DNA of 64,000 nt from Camelus dromedarius (taxonomy: Eukaryota): the NCBI RefSeq assembly GCF_036321535.1, contig NC_087436.1:77254001-77318000 (forward strand), read 5' to 3'. Below, in pieces: positions 39,651-52,189 of the stretch (the stretch's first letter is position 1; the number at the start of each line of letters is the position of its first letter). The notes beneath the pieces were generated by a model. The model was not told where the DNA came from. It made no database searches and was given only the letters and a program-made list of their open reading frames with translations. Both the position numbers and the translations under genes were made by a program.

Positions 39651-41913
39651 TGACGTGTTAACTTGCTGCATGGAATGCCGATTAACTGGGTTTCAGTATT
39701 AGTAGAGATTTACTTCAGAACTAATAAATAGTAAAATTTAAATAATAAAAATTTAACAAAGTTTCTGGTTATCTTCTGCTTCAAAAAAAATAAATAGGTG
39801 AGTTAGTCCCATTTATCAAAAATTTTGAAAAAGCATTGCATGCACATACTATTAAAATGTTGTTTGAAGTTGAAATGTTTTCTAGTTAGAAGAGAAAAAC
39901 ATGATTTTAATGTCAGCATGAAGGTGACATCTTTGTGAATCATTATGTTTAATTATAGCCTCAAGTTTCCTATTTCTTCATTGATAAATTTAAGTGTTTA
40001 TCATCTAATTATAAATACAACATATATTATGGATTTCCTCAATGGCAAAGAATGTTAAAACTTTATTTGTATTTTAATAATATACGTTATTTGAAAATCT
40101 CTCTTTTTTTTATCACATTAACTCTTTCCTTCTCTCTATAGAGCCAATAAATTTCAGCTAATACTGAGAACTGAAACTGCTAATATTTACTAATATGAGC
40201 AAATTAGTTTACTAGACTTTGGAAATACTGATTTAAGCTTAGGGAACTGCAAACAGAGTGCAGAATTTAGAAATCACTGGCTATTTACTGGTCAAACATT
40301 GTTCATTGACTAGGTAAATAGTGATACGAAAGCAAACTTATACAAGTGAAAAGTAAATAATAATGTGTTTACTTTTTTTCTAATATTTCCATATATTTAT
40401 AAAATAGTATTATGGGTTACTGGAAGTCAAACTTTTTCACAAAGTAAAGTTTTAGAAATATTTTAATACTTAACTTAAATGTCTACTTTGGAATAGAAAC
40501 CTGACACCACTGATTCACCCTAGGTGGGCATACATCTTGGTACTTCTAGCAATGATAGTTTAGAAATAATTTATGTCTTCCCCATTTCACTCAGCAGCCT
40601 CTGCAAGATCTTTAGGACATTACTGGAAGAAACCACAGTAGTCCTTGTGGCATGGAGTAGAGTAGGTTTAGCTGGGTGGGTATCTTGGCCCTCACTGTCT
40701 CCTTCAAAGCAGAGCATGCTAGGGATCACCCTCAACGCCATTCCTTCAGCTGCTAGGGAGCTGGCATTAGCCTTGTCTGTCTACTGCTTAGTTACTAACC
40801 ATCTCCAGGAAAGGGGAGCTGTTTCCTCTGATTGGTCAATACAACCTCAGATGTCTAAGAGTTAACCTCACATAAAATTACAACGAATATCACATTGTAT
40901 TGTATTGTGTTGTGTCATATCCTATTTTCACATAAATTTTGTTTGTGTCTTCCTTAGTAAACTGTAAACTGTGTATTTTGGATGCCAAGCCTGGAACTGG
41001 ACCAAAGTAGTTCTTTTTTTGTGAGCCCAAACCTTTTGGCTGCCTCCAAACATATACAATGACAATGAAGATTAAGAATCCTCTATAACCTATAAGCATC
41101 TCATGGTCATTAATGAAGGGCAAGTCTGGAAAGAATAAGTTTTTACTCTTTCAGATTTTTGAAGAAAAAGTAAGAGGTAAAGCAAGGTTTACTTCTTGGA
41201 ATTAAGAGGTAGGAGGTATTTTATAAAGTCAAGTTATTTTTAAAGAAGAAAGTATTATCCATAACATGTAAAATTCTTACCTCATTAGTATGTATATAAA
41301 GAGAGTAAATGGCTTTTCTTAAACAGATACATAGGACTGAAGGACAACCAAGCAAATAAGTAATTTGGTAATAATTAAATATAAGTCTTTCAAGTTTGTG
41401 ATCAGGTATTTTTATATTCAGAAGGGTACCATGGATACAAAAAAGATGAGGACTTCTATTGTGTTAGGGAAAAAAAGAGAGATATATAAAAATAATTTAG
41501 AGGTGAAATGACATGTAGTGAATATTGTCCTAGAAGATAAAATGGAAGCACAAACCAAAACCATATAAAAATAATTGAGGAAGCAGGAAGGGAGTTCTTT
41601 CTGAAGGGTCTTGCAGCCAAATCAGACACATGAACTCTGATTATTTTCATGATTTTTATTACTAGTAAACTAAAGAATACATTAAATCAAATTTTCCCAA
41701 TTCAGGTGAAGATGAGATAGCTAATAACAAGTAGATTTTTATTTAGTGTAGTTAGGGTAGGGTAGGGTATCTATATTATAAATAGAACAAACGATTAATT
41801 AAGGGCTTAAAATAAATGCATTCTAATAGTCAAAATGAAGTAAAAGCATATGTGAAACCCATACTAAAAATTATTAATCAAAAATAGAGTAAGTGTGACA
41901 ACTATATATGCAA

Positions 41914-41950
41914 TGTCTTTTACTCTTTTGGGTTCCTGGACCCAATTCCA

Positions 41951-41988
<38 letters not shown>

Positions 41989-42946
41989 TGTGTGTGTGGT
42001 GTGTGTGTGTGTGTGTAGGCTTCTCCACACCAACAAGTAATTCTCAGGCACCCAGCAGGTGTCCAAGAATTTAACTTGATTCTGATACCATCTGCTTGGA
42101 GATAGCATCAGATTATATAGGTAGAGGGCTCAGTCACACAAGACCACTCTCCAGTTCAGATGCCAATCACAAGTCCAGGCTGTTAACTGTACTTCTGACC
42201 CGATGACTATAAATCAGTGGTTCTCACGCCCCGCCTCCTTGGGTTTGGTTGATTTACTAGAATGGCTCACAGAACTCAGGAAAGCCTGTTTACTCATTGG
42301 CTTACTGATTTATTACAAAGTATATTAAAGGATATGGATCAATAGCCAGATGAAGAGATGAACAGTGAGAGGTCCCAGGCAAAAAAGCTTCTATTCTTGT
42401 GGAACTTGGGCAAGGCATGGTGGCATCTGGAATTGTTTTGCTTCCCCAACCTGGAGGCTCTCTGAACCCCCTCTTTCTGTTTTTTTATGGAAGCTTTAGT
42501 GCATAGACATGATAGATTAGCTCACTGGCCATTGGTGATTGATTCAACTTTAGCCCCTCTTTCCTCCCTAGTAATCACAAGGTGGGACTGAAATTTTCAA
42601 CCCTCTAATCACATGGTTGGTTCTCCTGGCCACCAGCCTTCATCCTTAGTACTTTCCAAAAGTCATCTTCCATAGCATAAACTCAGTTGTGATGGAAAAG
42701 GTCTTGTTATGAAGAACAAAATACCCATTTCACCTTTGTGGCCCTGAATGACTTTCAGGGACTGAGCATAGGAGACCAAATATTATAATAAAAGATGTTC
42801 CTATTCTTATTGCTCAAGAAATCCCAAGTGTTTTGGAAGGTGTGAGCCAGGAACTGTGGATGAAGTTCAAATATATATATGAGAAATATATTTTGGTCAT
42901 ATGAATGCCAAGTATAAATTTATTTCTTATAAATCATGATATCACA
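41914..42946 (-). mobile_element. ERV solo LTR (MER21-like, about 1 kb) with an internal (GT)n expansion at about 41953-42016
   Basis: The minus strand starts tgtgatatcatgatttataagaaata...atatatatttgaacttcatccacagttcctggctcacacc, a MER21-type 5' end. Internal gagggctcagtcacacaagacc and tttactagaatggctcacagaactcagga also match. Confidence 0.8.
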
Positions 42947-43235
42947 ATTACTAAAGTGATCTTTGGTTACCTTTCAGTTTTTCAAAGTCATTCAGAACTC
43001 AGGGACAATTTTAAGTTGTTGAATATTTTATTTCATTAGAAGGTGATTGATTGACTTGTCTGGACATGTGAAAATATAAACTAGATATGAAAAGAATTAC
43101 CTATCCAGCATTACAATCTAGCTAGAATCAGTTTACCACCAAAGTAAGTAATTGGGAAAGGTCCTCCCTCTTCCAGTTCACACTTCATTGTGGTGTGTTA
43201 GGAATGGGTCACTTATCAAAACTCGTTGAATCAAA

Positions 43236-43254
43236 GTGCCACAAGGTGGCAGTG
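43236..43254 (+). promoter_or_regulatory. Candidate CTCF binding site
   Basis: gtgCCACAAGGTGGCAGtg matches the CTCF core CCASYAGRKGGCRS at all but one position and sits in non-repeat sequence. Confidence 0.55.
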
Positions 43255-44084
43255 GCCTGCTCAAGGTGGAAGCCTTTCAGAGGGCACTGAAGGCCCTTCT
43301 CTTTAGAGTAGACATCCTTCTAACACTTTGAATTGTGGAAACAATTTAAAAATATGTGATATGAAATACAAGGCATTTTGTCATTGTTATTGTCTTAGAT
43401 TGAATGATATAAATTTTGACAAGTTACATTTATGGAGAATGATGAGAAAAAAAAAAGCCAATTCTTCCATCCGTACATACTTGTCTGAGAAAATGCAGGC
43501 AGAGTGTAGTGGTCAAGGCTATGCAGCGAGTTTATAGAAGAATCTTTGGGGTTGAATGTTTGCCATTACCCTTGTTTATTGATAAGAGCAATAATACAGT
43601 GTATAATTTTATTTATGGGTGGCTCATTGGTGGATGACTCCAGAGAAAAATGGAAAGAACAGTTTGTTGGAAAGAGGGTGACTGCAGAGGTGCCAGGGAT
43701 GTCCTGGTGCTGAGGGAGATGCTGTCCGAATCTCAGAGATGGCAGAGGAGGATTTCTGAAAGGGCTTTGTGATTGAGCGCCATTGTGATTTTCTCCAAAG
43801 ATGTTCATAAAACAGTTTTGAAATGAATTTAATAAATCTTTCATTTTTATTTTATATTTTGTGTTTGATCTACAATCAAGTGAACTTTTAAACTATGTCA
43901 CTGTTGCTTCAGGGTGATGGCTTGAGTCCTGATGACATACTGATAAATTCAGATTGTGCTCCTCATCCCTGTCATCGTTCTCATCACTTGATTTAATTAG
44001 TTCTTTGAGGTCATGTTTAAGCAACTTTACACTGACTGACTGATAGTCTCTCAGGCCTCTTTTGTCTCCTTAAATCTGTGCCCT

Positions 44085-44310
44085 ACAGGAAGTTAGAGCA
44101 CTGGCTTTACAATAAAGTAGATCTGGGTTCAAATTTTGACCTAGCCACTTTCTAGCTATGAGATTTTTGGCTATTTATCCTCTGTCAACCTTACATTCCT
44201 AGCATATAAAATGAGGAAAACAATATCTTCCTTTGGGGGTTGGTTTGTGCTGAACACTAAATAACACAACTATATGGAACACTTGGCCTACAGTATTTAA
44301 ATAAATTGAA
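44085..44310 (+). mobile_element. MIR SINE
   Basis: agttagagcactggcttt...tagatctgggttcaaattttgacctagccactttctagctatgag...atataaaatgagga. Confidence 0.8.
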
Positions 44311-46269
44311 GTGGCTATTTCTTCTTCCAGGCTCCACACTCTCTCTACAGCTCTGTCTCCTTCATCAAATGAGTGACCTTTGGCAGAGTCACTGACACCC
44401 TTTTCTAATGGTCCTCAGTGAGCATTTCCAGTGGAGAGCATCCCTTTTTCAATTATTACCTTAAATATTTGGTATATAACGAAAAGTATTTTTCCTCTAG
44501 GATCCAGTTACAGATGTGAAACAATATGAGTTTTATCCGAGATGCCTTGAAGTGTGTGCTGTGAATGTTGCTACTTGAAAATGACTTCTTTCCTTTTCCC
44601 AAGAAATAAACTTGAATTACTAAACCCCCTTAAGAGAGTAGTTATATTATGAAGACTTATGAAAGATTAAATACCAGATTCTAATAAAAAGTCCTTTTGG
44701 ACTAACTGAGTAAAAAGCTCAACTGAATAGTTAAAGACAAACATTGAAGATCCGGGGGGTGAATGGGATAAGGACTCTCTAGAAGATCTTAGTTGTAATT
44801 ATTTGCTTAAACATACTTAATACAATATGATAAGTGCCTCAGATGGGGTGTGAACCCAGGGCTGGGGCATGCAGAAAAGGCAGATATTTGGCCTGGGTGA
44901 AAGGAAGTGAGAATTTTCTAAGCTGTTTGATTATTAGCCTGGGTTAAAGGAAGTTAGAGTTTTCTAGGCCCTTGGTTTAAGTGCAGCCTTCTGATGGGAA
45001 TGTATTAAGGAAAAAAGAAAATATTTCAAGTAAAGGAGCTGTGAGGGGAGGAACTCTTATAGTCTTAGAGTGAAGCCTTGTGTTAGGAATGTTTTGGTTC
45101 TAAAGAAGGCACGTAAGTTCCAATAGTACAAGCTGAGGCTGTAGAGGTAAGTTGGGGCAGATGGTAAAGGCCTTGAATGTCATGCTTAGAAAGTCAGTCT
45201 CTTTCCTTTAGGCTCAGGGAACAATTGAATTCATTAATCTGAAGATCTGCCATGATCATTTTTTATTAGAAGAGTAATTCTTCTGGTCATGGAAGAGGAG
45301 AAACTGATAATGGGGGACTAACCGGGAGACTGTTGCGTTAGTCCAGGTGAGAGGAAGTAAGATGAACTAAAAGGAGCAGCAGCATTGAATAGGAATACAG
45401 CGGTTTAGGTGTAAAGCGAACTATACTGGGAGGTTCTGTTCTCTTCTTCACATCACTACACTGCACTACAGCCCTACTATCCAGATAGGTTAGATAAGGC
45501 AATCCTCAGATAGGTTAGATCAGAGGTTATTGATCAGCTTTGTATTTCAAATCTCAGTATGCCAAAATGTTCTTTCTTAGATAAAGACTTTTATATAGGC
45601 ACCTTTTCTAAAATCCTCTTGTCTGATAATATGTTAACTTCACTGGTCTTTATAATATTTCTTATCAGTAGCTTTTTAACAATAACTTGCATTTCTGGTT
45701 GGGATAGCACAGTGAATTCACATTTAAAGCACTACCTCTGCTCCAGAAAGTAGCAATGAAAGGTGAAAATAAAGACTGTCTGAAAGATACAGCTGGGCTC
45801 AAGGCATGATCAGTATCTCTGTAGACCAGAAACATGGTCTGAATAACATGTAGTAACTATGTAGTACTTGAAATTAGAGAGAATGGGCTTACTGTGTTTC
45901 GTGTTTGGGGTGGGAATGACTCTTGCCTATTGCAGGCCCCCTCAGGAAAGGAAGTTAGAATTATGGTTGTGATCGTGAGCCTGGTGCTATGGCTTTATAA
46001 GACCCCATAGGCCAAAGTAAGCAAGAATACCAATAGAGTACTTTTTTTTAATTGAAAATGAGTCAAGTTGCTCATTGGCTTAGTTTCTAAATCTGTGTTA
46101 TCAGTGATATCACCACAAAGAAAGAATTATTTTATAGTTTGATTCTGGACTTAACTCATTAAGAGGCTAAGTGGAAATAACTACAATGCAGAAGAATGAA
46201 GAGGGCTTATAATAGGAAGAGAGTGACGCAAGTGAGAGAGAGAGAAAGGAAGGGTTGGGGAGAGAAGGG

Positions 46270-46770
46270 ATTCCTTTCATCCAGATAAGCTTGCAAACCA
46301 AGGTAACAAAATATGGGAGCAAACTTCATTAACATTAAGAAATGAAGCCAGCAAAACTAGGCAGATGTTCGGAAGAATGCATCCAAGATGAATTAATTTT
46401 ATGAAATAGTCTGATAATAATATCCACGAATAAAGAACAAAAATTAGGAAACAAAAAAGGGAGCGAGGACACACAAATAATTTGATATAAATAGAACCAA
46501 GTGAAACTTTTGGAAATACAACTGTTTTTATTGAAGTTAATAAAATCTCTAGGTGGAATAAATTCTAGATTGAACATGGGCTAACAGAAAATTTGTGAAC
46601 TGGATGACAGAACTGAGAAACTCACTCAGAATTCAGCACAAAGAAGCAGAGAGATAAGGAATGTGGTAAGACAACCATGAGATATGGAGGATAGACTGAG
46701 AGGCTCAACATACTTTGACTAGGATTCCCAGAGTTAATGGAAGTAAAGGTACAAAAGCAGTATTTGTGTA
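46270..46770 (+). mobile_element. Old L1/HAL1 ORF1 (coiled-coil) remnant
   Basis: aaattctagattgaacatgggctaacagaaaatttgtgaactggatgacagaactgagaaactcactcagaa...gagatatggaggatagactgagaggctcaacatac...taggattcccagag is L1 ORF1-like (ELEDR..E..Q; DMEDR.R.SNI..IG.PE). Confidence 0.7.
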
Positions 46771-49700
46771 AGTGCCTGTTTATTTTTCCTTTGTGGCAGA
46801 GAAAAGGAAACCATTGACTAATGGTAGAGTAAAATCATTTCAAATTCAACCTCATCACCCCGCATCTGTGAAAGTTGCATATGCGAGACTTAATTTAGCA
46901 GTTATCAGAAAAGTCCTATCTTTAAAGATGTCTTAAAAGGAAAATTTACTGCCTGCTCTAAATTTGTCTTCTACTTTGTAAACTGATGAATACCATTGTT
47001 TTAAAAGCTATAGCATGAGTGATAACTAAATTAAGAGTGCAATTTTTAAATAAATCATGAGATAATAAGCTAAAGAAATACTATGTTTTTGGATGCATTA
47101 TAAAAGATATTAGTGGCAACTGTAGTGTTCATATTATTATCTAATCACATTTTGTTCATTTTAAGGCAAATGAAAGACATATGCTTATTGTTTAGCAGCA
47201 AAAGCCCCGATAACCACCACTTCAGTTGGTCTACAGTTCAATGATAGTTGGTGGTTATAATCCTGACTATAAGCACATTCCAAATTACAGAGTTTCTAAG
47301 AACATTTAAAAAAAATACTCCACCAAATTAGGTGATGCAGTATGTTGAAATTTGGGGAATGTTTTAATAATGCAATTGCAGAACTACTGGATTTGCTAAG
47401 ATAGATGATATGCACACACTACAACACAACTATAAATCAGTCTAGCTCAGGATTCTTATTTTCTTTTAAGGGTTTGTTGATAGATGTACCTTTCATAGTT
47501 TTCTAAAACCTTACAACTTATAGAGTAATTTCCTTGGTAGAATATTTGACAATACCAATTGTATTTATATTTTGGAAACAGAAATAGTTCTATATTTTGA
47601 TTTTCTTCCTTAAAGATTTTTAATTTTTCTTCTTCTTAGATAAACTTGTCAAAAGTTTGAAATAGTCCAAGGACCTGGAAAATGCATTTCTTTAAGGCCA
47701 TGGGACTCATTGAAAGAAGGACAAATTATGATGATAAAGTTTTCAGCACATACATTTAATTATTTAGTACCTGACATTAAATTATTTATCTATTATATGT
47801 TATTATTATACAAGGAAATTAATGATCCATCTATTATTAAGTAATATATTGACCATAACAGCATAATATTTTTATAAGTACTTAAATGATATTACTTGAT
47901 TAATGGTAGATATGAAATAAATGCTAAGAGTAGGCAGACTTGTAAATTATTATTTTTTTATCCCAAAATACTAAGGAGTTATGTTAACACTATTACTTTA
48001 GCACAATATATTTTAGAGATTAATTAGGTTTAAAATGAGAAAAGACCCTCACCAAACCCCCTTAATGACAGGAAGATGCCATTTAGACTGTTAAAATATT
48101 AAAATTAGAAAGCATAAGAGAAGTATGATCAGTTATAGGGCTATTCATAAAATATAGTTACTTCCTGTATTAATCTTGTTTAAATTAGTTATAAAATAAC
48201 ATGTTCACATCAATTGTCCCAGTCTTTGCTATGTTAAACTATATTGTAGTCACTAGGATTATCTTTTTAACTTTAATTTCAAAGTACAATAAAAGTGTTG
48301 ATTTTATAGTTATTGAATGTTACCAAGTTAGTAGATAAGAATACTAAACTCTATTGTTACTTTAAAATTGATATTTATGAAATATCTGTTGATATATTAT
48401 TATATAATATATGCTTTTAATTGTGTTTATGTATATTTTTGGCTAATAAATTTGATAAATTTTATAATATGCAATGCAAAGTCTTTAAATAGATGCTAAC
48501 ATAAATATGAAGCACCAATTATGAATTACAGAACAGGGCTAGAAATTAGTAGTTGATAAAATTAAATATTAAAAAAGAAAAAAATTATATGGTAGGATTT
48601 CTGGCCATATGCATTTCTTCCCATTTAGTAATTTTCCATTAAGTAACCATCCTTTCCTTTATGCTTTTTGGTATATTATAATCCTAGTAGTTCAGATGTT
48701 CAAGTTTATATGTTTCATTTTGAAAATGAGGAGGCAATTCAATTTTGCCTCTTGCAATGTTCAACTACTAGCATAATTCTGACTGTTATGAACTGTTTTC
48801 AAGTCAATGTACATACATTTTCTTTCAATTTTTTTCCTTTTTAATCCATATCATCATAGATTATGATTGCTTTAGTCATGTCAACAGTAGTAAAAGCATT
48901 TTGGAAAATTAGAGTTATTCAGACCATTTTCTCTATAGTTTCATGTTGTAGTTCATTTTATTGATTTATTTCATTATGATATGAACATTTGGTGATAAAA
49001 ATCATTTTCTAGCATCAAAATTATTTTTAAAACAATATGGCTTTCTTGCTAATTTTAATAGACCTTATCATTTTGTTTAATTTTCATTCTTAGGACACTT
49101 TTTACTAGGTTATGTTGTGGCGTTAGGGTTTCCTATCTGGCAAGATACTATCAGGAACAGACCTTCTTTCTTCAGTTTTCTTTGAGTCTAATTAAGGTTA
49201 CAACTAAACTAGCCATTTAAAAAATTAAATCTTGCCTCTTTGCCTGCATCTGAATTTCATGGAAGAATTATTTATTTATTTATTTATTTAGAGAATAATT
49301 GCTTTGAACATTACTAATTACACATTTTGCTCAGAGACCAAATTTGTACAATACCAACAATTTTAATGTATGAGAAGCAATGTTTCCTGAAAATAATTAG
49401 TCTTAGTTATAGGCTTTTTCCTCCATGGTTTAGTATTTTCCCTCTCTAAACATTTTAAATAATGCAGAGTATGATAAACTATGGACCTATTAAAATAAAA
49501 AATTGAATGTAAACTCCTTCTCGCTGAGAGGAAAACTCTTGAGATAGCACAGCATAATGGTTCAGAGTAGGGGAGTTGCCTGAGCCAGATCAAGCTCACT
49601 TCAAGTCAACTCTGTTGTCAACTTCTTGGGCAAGTTAATCTCTTTGGTCTTCAGTTCCCACATAGTATCTACCTCCAGTGTCATATATATTTAAAAATGT

Positions 49701-51986
49701 CTGCCTGCTATTTTGTAACTGCTATATTAATGTTAGCTATTATTTCTAATATTTTTCACTTAGCTGTTTAAACATTCTACCTGGATTGCAATTATCATAA
49801 AGTAGCATGTTAAGGCATATAAGTTGAACATGTGACAAAACACAATTTTTTTGATAGGCTACTATAATTGAATTATTAAATTGTCCTCAAAAGTACAACC
49901 ACATCAGATCTCCTAATTTGAATTTTCTAAGCTTCTTAAAAGCATTTAGGAGATTTTTTTAGTTCTTTGGAGACATCATTATGAGCATCTATCATTAAAT
50001 TGTAGTTATATTAAAGGTTGACAAAGAGTTCTATATAGTGAATATCAGCTAAACTTGAATTACTCGAATATGAAAGATGTAGGATATCCTTTGTCTAACT
50101 TGAAATGAGCAACATATGAATAGAGAACTATAATTAACATTATGTATTCCACGGAGATCATTGTAAATCATTTCTTATTATGCTATCTCCCAAAGGACTT
50201 TAATATATGAAATGATTTATGGTAAAAAAAAATTACTTTTCTTAAGATAGGCATCCTTAGAGTAATCTAGCTTTATAAAATTCTGTAATCGTTATAATTA
50301 TAAAGTAGGAAGTTAATTTTATGCATGTTTATGGCAAATTTTCATTTATTACTTTCCAGCTCTTCTTGAACTTAATATGCAAAGAACTAAGCTTGAAAAC
50401 AGCTGAAATAGTGATTGTCATATGCAGCTTTCCCCACAGAAAATGTGAGTCATGAGAGAGCTACCCCCACAGGATACTGAATGTGGAGTGAAATTTCCTT
50501 ACCATAAGTTAAAGATCTGGAATCTGCTTTTTCTTCTCCTTTTTATTCCCTGCTGCAAACAGCTATCCTGTAACTAACAGCCGCTTCCACTCTCCTACTT
50601 TACTTCCATTACATTTAGACAAAATAAGTAATACTCAAAGAAAGCAAATTCACATTTTTAAATTGTTAAAATAGTGCATTTTATTAAAAGCTAAGTGGGG
50701 AACCCTAGTTAGACTTTAGGAAGCCACCATCAGTGCTTCTGAAATGAGGCAGGAACAAATAAATAAACTGAAGAGAAAGAAAGAAAAAAAGGTAAGATAA
50801 ATTCTCCAAAACAAAATTGCTTACAAGTAATAATTATGTTAGTGATTGCTATATTCTTTTTATCCTCTGTGACTTATTCTTAAAAATTGAAATTAATCAG
50901 AGAGAAATGTAAAGGTAAAATAAGCAGTTTACTTCATTATTTTACATTCTCATTTACGTTTTCACAGCTGCCCTCAGATTCCCCTCAGGTAATACAGCAG
51001 TCATTTGCTAGGAAGTGGATTTTTATGATCCATGTTAGTACTGAAAATAGCAGCAGGCATTCATCTGTCCATTAGGAGTGTTCTAGCAACCATGGCCCTC
51101 ACTTAGCTCTATTACTGTAGGCAACTGCAGAGAATTTGGAGATCTTAGATCTTTTGTTAAATATGGCCCACTGATACTGGATAGTTTTACATTCTGATAG
51201 AATTATAAATTATATGTTTCCTGGAAGAAAGTTCACATAAATTCACTAATACCTAAAGGAAATGTACCATGAAAAGCAAATCTTATAAGCATCTCTACTT
51301 TTTAATAGAAGTACTGTATTGTTACCAAAATGACAGACCTTTTGAGTACTACCTCAATTGTCATGTACCACAGCCACAAATATTCCTCAGAGGGTTTAAA
51401 AAACAAAGGCCCATCTTTCTCCTGAAAGCTCACTCTCTTCTTCAAAAGTATAGACAGGAATTAGAGAGAGAGAAAGAGAGCATCTGCCTGGCTGGGCAGA
51501 ACAGCAGCCTTAACCTTGGCTGTTCATGTGGTGTCAGGTACCACAGCCAGATCATCCTCAGACCCTTTCTTTCTAGTATTTAATCTTCAGGTGTGGAGAA
51601 TGGAGTATTTCGTTTATAATCACTCAGACATTTTATAGAGTGGTTCTAAAAGTTTACTTTTCAAAGGAGAGCCATCAAAAATTAAAATATTTTGCAAAAA
51701 AAAAAAGATACTTTAAGATTAAAAAAAAAAAAGCTGTTCACAGGTTTTATCATTAACTTTCTAGCATTTGTTCACAAGTGAAGGGGATCCTCAGGTGACT
51801 ACTGAAGTGTTAGGGTTTGATAACATTCACCTAGATGACACATGTTCACGTTACAAATGAGGAAGCCCACATGGGCTAAGAGACATGCCCAAAGTGACAT
51901 AATTGATGGAAAAGCTCATTCTAAATCAACGTATCTTGGCATCCTATGTTTGTGATTTGCACAACACTTTCTAGAATAAGACAGAG

Positions 51987-52189
51987 CAGGAGTCAGCAAA
52001 CTATAGCCTGTGGGCCAAATCCAGCCTGCTGTTTGTTTTGTAAATAAAACTTTATTGGAGCACATCTGTGCTCATTCATTTACACATTGTTTATGGCAAA
52101 GTTAGCTAATTATAACACAGACCGTGTGACACCCAAAATAGAAAGTACATACTGTCCGGCCCATGACAGAAAAAGTTCACCAACCCCTG
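51987..52189 (+). mobile_element. hAT-Charlie MITE (MER58A-like)
   Basis: Terminal inverted repeats caggagtcagcaaact ... aagttcaccaacccctg, with internal gcctgtgggccaaatccagcctg...ttttgtaaataaaactttattgga. The 8-bp TSD is degraded (agacagag/ctatagag). Confidence 0.88.

Noticed and set aside
45482..45520. 14-bp direct repeat cagataggttagat with an 11-nt spacer (similar short pairs at 19663-19686 and 26405-26432), superficially CRISPR-like
   Set aside because: Only two copies, too short, in a mammalian intron with no cas genes. Best explained as local slippage duplications.
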